A stretch of DNA of 64,000 bases from an uncultured Acidobacteriota bacterium (GTDB lineage Bacteria > Acidobacteriota > UBA4820 > DSQY01), in NCBI GenBank assembly GCA_963724125.1, contig CAVRTJ010000003.1, positions 1,107 to 65,106 of the forward strand, read 5' to 3'. Shown piece after piece: positions 13,164 through 23,121 of the stretch. Below the pieces are notes generated by a model. That model saw nothing but the letters and a program-made list of their open reading frames with translations, had not been told where the DNA came from and searched no databases. Position 1 is the stretch's first letter. Each line of letters starts with the position of its first letter. The position numbers and the translations under genes are program-made.

Positions 13164-13472
13164 GTGAATGACAGCGTGAAACTGCTCGCCTACCGAATAT
13201 TTGATCCCGTGAAAGCGGAGGCCAAGCCCGCAGTCCCGCCCGAGGTGGAGGCTAAACCCGAGCCCGCAGCTGACGCTAAAGCGGAGCCCGGGCCTGAGGC
13301 CACGACCGAACCGAAGCCTGATGCCCAGGCCGCGAAGCCGTCCGATGTGACACCAGCGCTGGTCAAACGGGCCCACGAACTCTACGAGGACTTGGGGCGC
13401 GAGGACGTTCGGGCCGTAGAGAACTGGGAAAAATCAAACCAGAAGGCTCAGAAAGACGAGCCTCCCGGATGA
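13164..13472 (+). CDS. DUF2934-like small protein with Pro/Glu/Ala/Lys-rich linker
   Basis: 102-aa ORF (GTG start). The C-terminal VKRAHELYEDLGREDVRAVENWEKS resembles the DUF2934 motif (RAYELYE..G...G....DW..AE). Confidence 0.45.
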   Translation: MNDSVKLLAYRIFDPVKAEAKPAVPPEVEAKPEPAADAKAEPGPEATTEPKPDAQAAKPSDVTPALVKRAHELYEDLGREDVRAVENWEKSNQKAQKDEPPG

Positions 13473-14089
13473 ACGTACGAGAACACCGCGGACAAAGTCC
13501 CAGGTTGCTGACCCCGGGCGCTGCAGGGCGGTGCGGGCCGCCCTGGGCGCCCCAGGGATGATCGTCGGCCCGATCCCCCGGCCGGCGCTTGTCCCGGAGA
13601 ACGCCATCTCCTTGCCAGCTTCTCCTGCAAAGACCGTCCCCTTCGACTCGTCCGGTGCGGAGTCGGATTCAGCGGTGGGTGTCGTTGGCAGCGCATGGGG
13701 CCAACCGCCACGTGCTCTCCGCAAGAAGTACGGATACCCACCCTTGTTGCCGCAGTTCCCCGACGTCCGGTGCGGCATCAAAGTGCGTAGCCAATACGCT
13801 GTTCAGCACTCCAGGCAGAAGATAAGTTGTACATGAGGACGGATTCGACCCGCCTGCCCACGGTCTGAAACCGCGTCAGGGGCGAGGCGGGATCACCACG
13901 AGCCGGTCACGTTGCAGTCTTTAGATCGGCCCTGCACTCTTTTCCCTCGGGCGCGGCGACCGCGCTCACCTTCAAGTCCGGACCGGTAATGGCGCGGCTC
14001 TTGCCCGCGAAGGGGGCGTAGAAGGCTGATGGCTACGCCAGAGGGGACGAACACGATCCGACCATTGGCTAGTGAACGGAGGCAAGACG

Positions 14090-14275
14090 ATGAAGAGACT
14101 CCTATTTTACGTTGCGGCCATCGGGCTACTGGTTCTCATGGCGGGGTGCTGGGTCCGGGGCCCCGAACGCCGAGGGTTACACCATGATCGTGGCAATCAT
14201 GGCCAGCATCAGGACAACCGCCACAACCGTGACAACCGCGGACGCCACCAGGACAACAACAACGACCACAGGTGA
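14090..14275 (+). CDS. small lipoprotein with His/Asp/Asn/Arg-rich tail
   Basis: GGAGG lies 7 nt upstream of ATG 14090. It has a signal peptide plus lipobox (LLVLMAGC), followed by HHDRGNHGQHQDNRHNRDNRGRHQDNNNDHR. Confidence 0.4.
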   Translation: MKRLLFYVAAIGLLVLMAGCWVRGPERRGLHHDRGNHGQHQDNRHNRDNRGRHQDNNNDHR

Positions 14276-14369
14276 GGTACCACGTGAGTGAACGAGCTTC
14301 CATCATCGGCTCCGGCCCGGTGGAGCGCGCGAGAACACGACAGAGCCACGACCTCCTGTCGAGCTGGTC

Positions 14370-16742
14370 ATGAGCGCGTCATGGCAGGGCGGTGACGAGC
14401 CGGTACCAAGCAGCGAGTCAGCCGCGAGTCCGGACCAAGGGGCGGGACCTGGTCTTCCTATCCAGCCAGGCGCCGCCGAGCCGGCGAACCCACTCCCCCC
14501 GGCTCACGAGCGGATGAAGGCACTCTACGCGCGCCTGCTCGTGTCCAGACGCCTGGCCGCACGGCTGAAGGCCACGCGCCGTCGCGTTCTCATGCTTCTC
14601 TGCCTTGCGCTCTTTTTCCTGGCGCTGCCGCTCTTTCCGGCGGCGTGGCTGGTTTACCACGTGTACCTCGACCGCACCAACCTTCCCGACCTCGAGTCCT
14701 TCGTCCAGTTCGAACCCCCCACGACCGGCATCGTCCGCGACGTGCACGGCAAGGTGCTGATCAAGCTTGCGCGCGAGTACCGTCAAATCGTGACCTACAA
14801 CCAAGTGCCGCCCATCCTGCGGCAGGCGATTCTGAGTGCCGAGGACAAGCGCTTCTTCACCCATTCCGGTGTGGATTACCGCGTGTTGCCGAGGGTCGCC
14901 GAGAAGACGGTGGCGCGATCGCTGGATGAATGGTGGAAGGGCGGTCACGGGATGAGGCTGCTCCTGCCGCAGGGAGGCTCGACGCTCACGCAGCAACTCG
15001 TCCGCTGTTACTTCCTTCAGGATATGGCGAACCGCACCAACCGCGATGCGATCTTCCATGCCGGTCTGGGCGCACCCAGGCTCCTCTCCCTGTTCCTGGG
15101 CGCCTCCGCCACCAACAAGCTGCTTCGAAAGGTGGAGGAGGTGCGCCTGACGCTCTGGCTCGAGCGCGAGATGCGCAGGCGTTACGGCTCAAAGGAACAG
15201 GCCAAGCGCCAAATATTCGCCCGGTACGCCAGCTTCATTTACCTGGGCAACGGGCGCTACGGCTTCGCCGCCGCCTCCGAGTACTACTTTAACAAGCCCC
15301 TGGCGAGCTATTCGTCCGCCGATGCGGGCACTGCGGCCCTCCTGGCTGCGATCGGCAAGTCGCCCGAGGTCTATGCGCCCAAGCCCCGCAGCCGGCGGGC
15401 GCGCATCCGCCGCAACCAGATTCTCGCCATGATGGCTCGCAACGGCTACATTACCGAGCGCCTCGCAAAGCGCTGCCAGGGCGAACCGATCCGCGTCGTT
15501 CCCCGCAGCCCGATCAAGACCAATGCTCCCGCAGCGATAGAGCAGGTCCTCGACGATTTGCGCAAGCGGGGCGGGAGCCGCTGCCGGGTCGAAGACCTTT
15601 TCCAGGGACGGATTTCGGTCAACTCGACGATCGACGAGCGCGTGCAGACGATCGTCAACGAGGCCCTCGAGCACGGTCTTGCCAGGTACGAGAAGCGCAA
15701 CCCAAAGGGGAAAGGCGTGATCCAGGGCTCGGTGGTCGTGCTCGGAAACGCGGACGCGGCGATCCTCGCGGAAACGGGTGGACGGCGGGTCTACCAGGAT
15801 CGCGACGTCCGCTACTCCGACTTCAATCGCGTCACGGACTCGCTGCGACAGCCGGGCTCGGCGATGAAGCCGCTGGTGTACCTGGCCGCATTCGAGTCGG
15901 GAATGGGTCTCGATACTCCAGTGCCCGACGAGCCCATCGCCGTCCCGCTCGGAAGCGCAGGCGGTGTCAAGTGGATCGCCAACTACGACAACCAGTTCAA
16001 GGGCACGATTCCTATACGGCAGGCCCTGGCCGAGTCGCGCAATGCCGCGGCCGTCTGGATCGCGCGTGAGATCGGCGTGAAGGCCGTGATCCAGAGCGCC
16101 AATGAGATGGGGATCCGCACGCCGCTGCAACCGTACCTTTCCACCGCGCTCGGAGCATCGGAGGTGCGGCTGCTGGAGTTAGCGGATGCCTATCGGGCCA
16201 TCGCCTCGGGCGTCGTCGCGGAACCCCACGTCATCGATCGCGTGACAGACATCTCCGGGGATGTGCTGTACGCGCCGCCGCAGGGTAAGCGGGCGATCGA
16301 CTCCGCGGCCCTGCGCTCTATCCAGGAGGGGCTCCGGGGCGTTGTTCGGCTCCCCGGTGGAACCGCCCACAGCCTCGACCGCCGCGATTTCCCGGTCCCA
16401 GTGATGGGCAAGACCGGAACGACGAGCAATTTTCGCGATGCGCTCTTCGTGGGGTCCACCTACGGAACCCAGGGGATCACCGTGGCGGTCCGGATCGGCT
16501 TCGACGACGATCGCCCCCTGGGACAGAGGGAGACCGGCGCGCGCACCGCGCTGCCGATTTTCCGCGAGATCATGCTCCGCGTTTACCAGGACAAACTCCT
16601 CGGGAGTGTGCCGTCCTTTCCCCGTGAAATCGAGGACGGGATCGACCAGTACCTGGCCAGGGAGGACATACCGCTCGTGAGCCGGGCCTCGCGGCCGGGA
16701 TCGAGCCGCGGAACGCCATCGGGTGCGAAACCGGCGCCCTAG
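14370..16742 (+). CDS. penicillin-binding protein 1A family (transglycosylase/transpeptidase)
   Basis: 790-aa intact ORF. GT51 motifs: ILSAEDKRFFTHSGVD, GGSTLTQQL, RKVEE. Transpeptidase motifs: SAMKP, SRN, KTGTT. Confidence 0.9.
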   Translation: MSASWQGGDEPVPSSESAASPDQGAGPGLPIQPGAAEPANPLPPAHERMKALYARLLVSRRLAARLKATRRRVLMLLCLALFFLALPLFPAAWLVYHVYLDRTNLPDLESFVQFEPPTTGIVRDVHGKVLIKLAREYRQIVTYNQVPPILRQAILSAEDKRFFTHSGVDYRVLPRVAEKTVARSLDEWWKGGHGMRLLLPQGGSTLTQQLVRCYFLQDMANRTNRDAIFHAGLGAPRLLSLFLGASATNKLLRKVEEVRLTLWLEREMRRRYGSKEQAKRQIFARYASFIYLGNGRYGFAAASEYYFNKPLASYSSADAGTAALLAAIGKSPEVYAPKPRSRRARIRRNQILAMMARNGYITERLAKRCQGEPIRVVPRSPIKTNAPAAIEQVLDDLRKRGGSRCRVEDLFQGRISVNSTIDERVQTIVNEALEHGLARYEKRNPKGKGVIQGSVVVLGNADAAILAETGGRRVYQDRDVRYSDFNRVTDSLRQPGSAMKPLVYLAAFESGMGLDTPVPDEPIAVPLGSAGGVKWIANYDNQFKGTIPIRQALAESRNAAAVWIAREIGVKAVIQSANEMGIRTPLQPYLSTALGASEVRLLELADAYRAIASGVVAEPHVIDRVTDISGDVLYAPPQGKRAIDSAALRSIQEGLRGVVRLPGGTAHSLDRRDFPVPVMGKTGTTSNFRDALFVGSTYGTQGITVAVRIGFDDDRPLGQRETGARTALPIFREIMLRVYQDKLLGSVPSFPREIEDGIDQYLAREDIPLVSRASRPGSSRGTPSGAKPAP

Positions 16743-17316
16743 CCCCGAGCGAGCGCCACGACACCGCAGGCCGGGGCAGAGACCGCCCGAGAGGGGCGCG
16801 CCGGGTGCCGTTTGCCCAGGGGCCATGCTCAGGCCCCACTTTTGGTAACAGACCGCGTGAAGCCGCCCGACCACCGGGTGTTCGATTCGACTGTCGCGCC
16901 CGTGATGGCCGGAAAGCCCGCGATCCAGCGCTGCGGGTCTTCATGTGAGCCCGGCAAGGTCATGGATGCCGAGGCGGCTGGGCGTGTGCGTAATTCACGA
17001 GGACGCTTTCCGGGCAGACGCGGTGAAGAAAAATTCGGCTCCGATCATCCCCGGTGGCCGGGGAGCCTGCTCCAATGCGGGGAGCACGGCCAGGATGCTC
17101 GGACCCGCGAGGGGTTTGTCACGACCCGTCGACTCTCCGTAGTCCTTGCGGATGCTCCGACTGCACTCTGCGATTTCCCGACACGCCCCGCGGCACCCTT
17201 ATCCGTAGTCTGTACCCTGATCGGGAGAACGGATGGAGGTTAGATTGGGTAAGGCGGAAAAGTAAATTTGGTTCTGACACCTCCAGCGGGTCCGTGGGGA
17301 AGGAGGACGGGGCACC

Positions 17317-18150
17317 ATGAAGAAGAAAGGCATACCCCCCATTCCAAAGGACACTGCCTCCGCAGGCAAGGCCCTCTTCAAGAAGGCCACCTTCTACCGG
17401 AGCGTGGGGGACCAACTCGGGGAACTATGCAGAGATTGCGAACCGGAGCCCGGTCACAACGGGCTTGAGTCGCACGCCACAATTCCTCTTCTCTTTCTCG
17501 TAACCGTTTTTCAGTACCTGGAGAGTCTGTCCAATTCCCAAGCGACATCCGCCGTGCTGAACCGGGTGGATTGGAAGTACGCATTGCACCTCCCGCTCGT
17601 CAGCCTGGGGTTCGCTGAGAGCGATCTGAACAAGTACCACGGGAAACTGATCGAGGATCCCGCGATCCTGGAGTGTTTGAATGGTCTGCTGGAAAGGATT
17701 CGCGACCTCTACGAATCGCAGTCGTCAGATAAAAAGAAGGTGGACGCGACTTCGATGCTGGAAACCGTCTCCGCGCTGAACCGCTACTCCGCCGTGGTAA
17801 GGGCCATGCACCTCGCGCTGGATGAACTCGCGATTTACCACCCGGCCTGGCTCAAAGAAACCGTGCTTCCGCATTGGTTTGTAAGGTATGCCAGAAGCGG
17901 GGTGGACGGGAAGGCGCCGGAACAACGCGAGGAGAGGGACGCGCTCGCGTTGGCGGTGGGTGAGGACGGCTTCTTTCTGCTCGACGCCCTGGAGAGGGAC
18001 GACGCACCCCCCCAGGCCTCCCACCTGCCCGAAGTCGACTATCTTCGCGAGGTTTGGAACAAAGAGTTTAACAGGAGCGAGGGCCAAGTGAGCTGGCGCC
18101 GCCCTGTCGACTCTGAATCCGGGCCGAAATCTGACACGCAGGGCGCATGA
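17317..18150 (+). mobile_element. IS1182/IS5-like transposase N-terminal fragment (no DDE domain present)
   Basis: LLFLVTVFQYLESLSNSQATSAVLNRVDWKYALHLPLVSLGFAESDL and ...AIYHPAWLKETVLPHWFVRY match the N-terminal region of IS1182-family transposases. The ORF stops after 277 aa. The 257 bp before ispG cannot hold a catalytic domain. I saw no terminal inverted repeats. Confidence 0.5.
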
Positions 18151-18407
18151 ACCTCATGGGCGTTGGCGAATCGGCCCGCTCACCCTCCCCCACTCCGAAG
18201 TAGCTCTCCGCCAGCTAACCCAATGAATAATAAACCACTTACGAGAGATCTGAGATCCCTCATGGTGCGGCCTCTCCGCTGCCCGTTTCGGCCATGTGTA
18301 TCGATCTTTACCAGAGTAGCTCAGTGCGGGCGCGGCCTCCTCGGCGGTCCCATTTTCCCTGCGGGCCTGGCGCCTTGAAAACGCCGAATCCCGCACGACG
18401 GCGTCCA

Positions 18408-19646
18408 TCAGGCCTCGGATCCTCTTCGGGGGTACTTCTGGGTGACGTAATCCTCGACGAGGGCGCGAAAGGCCTCGGCGAGCTCGTCGTAGGTGCCCTG
18501 AAGCGTGGTGAAGGGCTTTCCATCGATGTAGACGGGACACTTGGGGGCCTCGCCCGTGCCGGGCAGGCTGATTCCGATGTTGGCGGCTTTCGACTCCCCG
18601 GGGCCGTTCACGACGCACCCCATGACGGCTAGGGTCAGGTTCTCCACGCCCTCGTAGCGGGTCTTCCAGTCGGGCATGCGCTCGCGGACGTACCCTTCGA
18701 CCTTCTCGGCCAGCTTCTGGAAGGTGGTGCTGGTGGTTCGGCCGCATCCCGGGCAGGAGGTCACGCTGGGCGCGAATGCACGGAGACCGAGAGCCTGCAG
18801 GAGTTCGCAGCAGGCGTAGACCTCTTCCCGCCGGTCGCCGCCGGGCCTCGGGGTGATGGAGATGCGGATCGTGTCCCCGATGCCTTCGGAGAGGAGAACG
18901 GCCATGGCCGACGCCGACCACACGAGGCCCTTGAGCCCCATGCCCGCTTCCGTCAGCCCAAGGTGGAGGGGCTGGTCGGTCTTCGAGGACAGGGCGCGGT
19001 AGAGGTCGATGAGATCCCTCGGCCTCGAGGTCTTGCAGGAGATGATGATCTGGTCCTTGCGAAGGCCCGTCTGAAGAGCGAGGTCCGTGGATTCCAGCGC
19101 CGAGAGGACCATGCACTCGCCGAGGACCGCCTCGGAGGTCTTCCCGAGGTTCCTGTCCGTATTCTCCTGCATTTTCTGCACCACCAGTTCCTGGTTGAGC
19201 GACCCGGCGTTCACGCCGATCCTTACCGGCTTGTCGTTGTCCACGGCCACTTTGCATATGGTGGTGAACTGCTCGTCCCTGCGCCTGCCGTGCCCCACGT
19301 TGCCCGGGTTGATGCGGTATTTGTCGAGCGCGGTGGCGCACTCGGGAAACTGCGTCAACAGGAGGTGTCCGTTGTAGTGAAAATCCCCTATCAGCGGCGC
19401 ATCGCAGCCCGCTTCCAGCATGCGTTGCTTGATCTCGGGCACGGCCTTCGCGGCTTCGGGTACGTTCACGGTCACGCGAACCATCTCCGATCCGGCGCGC
19501 GCCAGTTCTATGCACTGGGCGGCCGTCGTCTCCGCGTCCGCCGTATCCGTGTTGGCCATCGACTGGACGACGATGGGGGCCCCGTCCCCGACCGTCACTT
19601 TTCCGACTTTGACGCCGACGGTTGGCCGGCGGTGAATATCCGACAT
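18408..19646 (-). CDS. ispG: 4-hydroxy-3-methylbut-2-en-1-yl diphosphate synthase
   Basis: [39 protein letters not shown] and the C-terminal SCPGCGRT cluster motif. The ORF extends to 19676, but ATG 19646 fits homologous N-termini better. Confidence 0.95.
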   Translation of the reverse strand: MSDIHRRPTVGVKVGKVTVGDGAPIVVQSMANTDTADAETTAAQCIELARAGSEMVRVTVNVPEAAKAVPEIKQRMLEAGCDAPLIGDFHYNGHLLLTQFPECATALDKYRINPGNVGHGRRRDEQFTTICKVAVDNDKPVRIGVNAGSLNQELVVQKMQENTDRNLGKTSEAVLGECMVLSALESTDLALQTGLRKDQIIISCKTSRPRDLIDLYRALSSKTDQPLHLGLTEAGMGLKGLVWSASAMAVLLSEGIGDTIRISITPRPGGDRREEVYACCELLQALGLRAFAPSVTSCPGCGRTTSTTFQKLAEKVEGYVRERMPDWKTRYEGVENLTLAVMGCVVNGPGESKAANIGISLPGTGEAPKCPVYIDGKPFTTLQGTYDELAEAFRALVEDYVTQKYPRRGSEA

Positions 19647-19740
19647 TTCGCGCACTCCTTCGCTCGGACGGTCCATGGATCATGATAGCACCCAGGGTAA
19701 CCAGTACAAGAAGCCGGGAGGATGATTCCACGACGGGAGG

Positions 19741-21427
19741 TCAGCCTCCGGTGCGGCGGATCATGACGATGGTGCGGTCGTCGGCGAACGGCACGCCCTC
19801 GACGAAGGCGGTCAGGTCGCCTTCGATGGCCGCGTTGAGGTCCATCAGGGATGCCTCGAGGTTCTCCGCACAGACGCGGGCCAGCCGGTCCTGTCCGTAC
19901 TCCTCTTCCTGCGGATTCCGGGCCTCGGTGATGCCGTCGCTGTAGAGTACGAGAAGGTCGCCCTTACAGAATGCGAATTCGGTCTGCTCGTATCGCGCGT
20001 CGGGGAACATGCCCAGTGGAAGGCCGGTAGCGGAAAGCCATCGGAAGGACTTCGATCGCTCGAGGAAGAACACACGGCTGTGGCCCGCGTTGGCGTACCT
20101 CATTTTCGCCGTCTCGCAATCCAGCGCCACCATGACCGCCGTTGCGTACTTTTCGGGCGGACGTCCGATCGAAAAGCAGTTTCGAAACTCTCGAGAAAAT
20201 CTCGCCGGGTGGCAGCCCCTCCTGGATGGGCGCCGCGGAGAGCGCCTCCAGCGAAGCGGTGAGCAGGGACGCGGCGATGCCCTTTCCGGAGACATCCGCC
20301 ATCCAGGCCAGGCATTCGCGCCCGCCGAGCCTTTCGACAAATTCGTAGAAGTCCCCCGAGACGCCGCGCGAAGGGATGTTCCCGCAGAAGAACTCGAAGC
20401 CCGGGACCGCCGGAAGCCTGTCCGGAAGCAGGGCCACCTGAATGCGGCGGGCCAGTTCGACTTCCTTTTCGAGCTGGCGCCGGGCGGCCGCCTCCTCGGT
20501 CAGAGCCACGTTGCGGATGCGAAGAGCCGCCACCGAAGCCATGCAGACGAGAAGGTCCATGTCTTCCTCTGTGAACTGCCTGAGGGCGCTTCGCGATGTG
20601 AGGACGACGATGCCCAGGACTCCGCCGGGGTCGATGAGAGGCGCCGCCACGAGGCTTTTGACGCCGGCGTCTATGAGGCTGAGTGCCTGCGAGAAGCGCG
20701 CGTCCGTCCGGGCGTCGAGCACGAGCGCCGCCGCGCCCTTTTCCGCGACCTCCCGGATCAGGCTCCTTGAACAGGTGAACTCCTTTTCGCCGAAAGCCAC
20801 GGACCGCACGGCCGCGAGCCTGTAATCGTCATCGCCCTGCTTGAGAAAGATGGCGCCCTGCTCGGGCGTGAGATGTTCGAAGACCTTGTCGAGAATCACG
20901 TCAAAAAGGCCCTGCAGTTCCACCGTGCTGCTCAGCGCGTGGTGCACGTCGTTCATGATCTTGAGCCCGTCGACGTAGCGCCTCAGAGAGAACTCGTCCC
21001 GGGCGTCGGGATCGCCGTGGGTGGCCAGATCGTCCCTCATCACCTGGTTCACCGGCCTGAAGATCGGCTCTCCCGCCGGTGACGCTTTCACCGGGGCTGA
21101 TGAGCCGGAACTCGAACCCGAATCCCATTCCCGGCCGCGTATGGAGAGAACCCTGATGGTGCTGTTGCCCATGCTGATGAGGTCTCCAGGCTTCAGTTGG
21201 CTGGGGTGTCTCACGCGGTCCCCGTTCACGTAGGTTCCGTTCCTGGACCCGAGATCTTCTATGAACCAGCCTTCGACGGTGCCGAAGATTCTGGCGTGAC
21301 TCCGGGACATGGACGAGTCCACGAGAACCAGGTCGGCCTTGGAAGAGCGTCCGGCCACCAGGGAGTCCTCGCGTACCTTCCTGTCGAACGGGCGCCCGTC
21401 CGCCGGAAAAACGTGCAGTTTGATCAT
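19741..21427 (-). pseudogene. FHA-GAF-PP2C (SpoIIE-type) phosphatase, one frame change near 20160
   Basis: The N-terminus has an FHA domain (GRSSKADLVLVDSSMSRSHARI...GSRNGTYVNG). A GAF-like middle region and SGDFYEF...ADVSGKGIAASL lie in ORF 19964..21427. The C-terminus, PEKYATAVMVALD...ANAGH...LYSDGITEA...DDRTIVMIRR, lies in ORF 19741..20340. It is collinear with the intact paralog 53838..55478. Confidence 0.8.
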
Positions 21428-21757
21428 TGATTGCCCTTGATCAGGTGCGTCTTCACCGCAGAAAGCCCCATCGAACCTCCACGCCTGCCACGGCGGAGCC
21501 GGCCCCCACCGGGCCCCGTGGCCACCTCACCCTCGACTGACAACACGTCCGCCTTTTCAGGATGCAGGCGCGTTGGCGTTCGCTTCTTAAAACCGGAAAA
21601 AGCCGGCTGGGATCACTGCGCACGAGTTCTGCTGAAACATTACGTCCGCAGGCCTCGCGTGTCAACGGAGGCACACGATTGTCCAGTCCCGGCAGGCCTG
21701 CTTACCCGCGCTGAGAGTCTGCGAATTCCGCTCGGATGCGTAGACGGCTGTGGGCTG

Positions 21758-22321
21758 TCAGCCCCCGTGCCCCGCGGCCCGGCGCACCGTCTCCCAGAGG
21801 TCGTGGAAGTGTTGAATGGCCAGGGGATCCTTGACGGTCGGGCTCCAGACGTGGACGCCGACACCGACCTGCGCGAGCACGTAGTAGCCGAAGGCGATCT
21901 GTCCGATGGCCGTCATGCCCGTTGCGATCTGGCCCGCGCCGAAGTACGCCCCGAGCGCGACCTGTCCCACGGCCGTGAAACCAAGGACGCACTGGCCGAA
22001 ACCGAACAGGAGTCCGATCCCGAACTGCGCGACGGTGACGATTCCGATCGCGAACTGACCGACGGCGATGATGCCGCGGGCCACGCGCAGCCTTCCCGTG
22101 CGGGGATCCCGGCCTACGGCCACGTGTACGAGGGGAATGCCCAGGACCTCCGTTGCGCTCCGCCATTCGAAGCCCCAGGCCCGCCTCGCCCGAACCGGCG
22201 GCGCCTGCATCGCGGCTCCGCACACGGAACAGGCCGAAGCGCCTGCATCAACGGGTGCCCCGCAGACGGGACAGGACCCCGGCTCCGAGGCCGTTGAAGC
22301 GAGAGAAGGTTTTCCGCCCAT
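21758..22321 (-). CDS. zinc-ribbon plus Gly-rich membrane protein
   Basis: Only the last 187 aa of ORF 21758..23104 look coding (ATG 22321). They contain CPVCGAPV...CSVCGAAM followed by hydrophobic GQFAIG/GQVALG/GQIAFG repeats. Confidence 0.5.
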   Translation of the reverse strand: MGGKPSLASTASEPGSCPVCGAPVDAGASACSVCGAAMQAPPVRARRAWGFEWRSATEVLGIPLVHVAVGRDPRTGRLRVARGIIAVGQFAIGIVTVAQFGIGLLFGFGQCVLGFTAVGQVALGAYFGAGQIATGMTAIGQIAFGYYVLAQVGVGVHVWSPTVKDPLAIQHFHDLWETVRRAAGHGG

Positions 22322-22480
22322 AAGTCCTCCCCGGCCGGGACGCTCGATCGTCCCTCGCGTGCTGCGAGGTCCCGTCGGCCCGGCCTCCCTCGCATCCCAG
22401 GCTTCCGGTTGCCGCCAGTCCGCGGTACACTTAAAGTATACTGCTCGAAGCAGTGTCGCAAAGACCGGAGGTCGAGAATC

Positions 22481-22963
22481 ATGAAAGGACTGAAGACGGC
22501 GGCTTTCCTGATCGGAGGCCTGTGGATTCTCTTCGAACTGGGGTGGATGACCTTCATGGGACCCTCGGTCCCGGTCGGACCGGCGAACATCCTCTTCGAT
22601 TCGCTCATACTCCTGGGCGGCCCGGTGGCCCTCGTCCTGGGCACCCTGGTCGCCATAAAGTGGGACAGACCGGCCGGCGCCTTCCTGTGGCTGGGAGCAG
22701 CCGTTGCCTCGCTGGGCCTCGGGTTCAAGAGCGGCGCCCACGTGGGCCTCTATTTCCTTGCCATGGCCGTTCTGGTCCTGCCCCAGGTCATCGAAGGCTC
22801 CCTCTTTCTCATGGCCGCCAAGAAGCGCGAGGCGGCGGCGCGAAGAAACGCGCGAGGCGCTGACCACCCGCTTCCGTCTTGCCGAGGCAACGGAACCTCG
22901 CGCAACTTTCCCTCCCGATGTTACGTAAATATATTTTGGGGTTCGGCGGGAGCGCGCTGGTGA
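22481..22963 (+). CDS. small integral membrane protein
   Basis: ATG 22481 (MKGLKTAAFLIGGLWILF). There are four hydrophobic segments. The C-terminal ~40 aa look like read-through. Confidence 0.4.
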   Translation: MKGLKTAAFLIGGLWILFELGWMTFMGPSVPVGPANILFDSLILLGGPVALVLGTLVAIKWDRPAGAFLWLGAAVASLGLGFKSGAHVGLYFLAMAVLVLPQVIEGSLFLMAAKKREAAARRNARGADHPLPSCRGNGTSRNFPSRCYVNIFWGSAGARW

Positions 22964-23121
22964 GCCCCGCCCCGGTCGAGGAAGAGGACCGTCGACCGGC
23001 TGAGGAAGATCCCGATGCTGGAGGGCGGACCGGCTTAGACGCATCCTGGCGCACATCAACAGTTCCTTCCGCGTGACCGTGGGGTTTTGGGGCGGCCGGT
23101 TCATCGCACGGGAGGTAAGGC

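Noticed and set aside
13825-13935. tRNA-like or tmRNA-like fragments. GGATTCGAC on the plus strand resembles a tmRNA 5' motif. On the minus strand there is a GGTCGAATCC T-loop-like element and a stem-loop presenting UCA (a tRNA-Sec-like anticodon).
   Set aside because: No acceptor stem can be paired. The T-loop lacks one conserved U. There is no GGGG 5' end or tRNA-like 3' end for a tmRNA within 400 nt. I therefore treat the resemblance as chance.
16743-17316. Possible decayed gene on the minus strand. Short stretches such as VCPESVLV and GMIGAEFFFTA hint at a ferredoxin or oxidoreductase remnant.
   Set aside because: The fragments are too short and are interrupted by stops in every frame. 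I cannot support any call from the sequence alone.
18154-19731. 525-aa ORF on the minus strand covering the ispG locus in another frame.
   Set aside because: It has an Arg/Pro/Gly-rich, low-complexity translation typical of off-frame ORFs in high-GC DNA. The ispG frame carries all the conserved motifs.
22322-23104. N-terminal 260 aa of ORF 21758..23104 (minus strand).
   Set aside because: This part is highly basic and low-complexity, and it overlaps a plausible plus-strand membrane-protein gene (22481..22963). Only the C-terminal 187 aa from ATG 22321 look coding.
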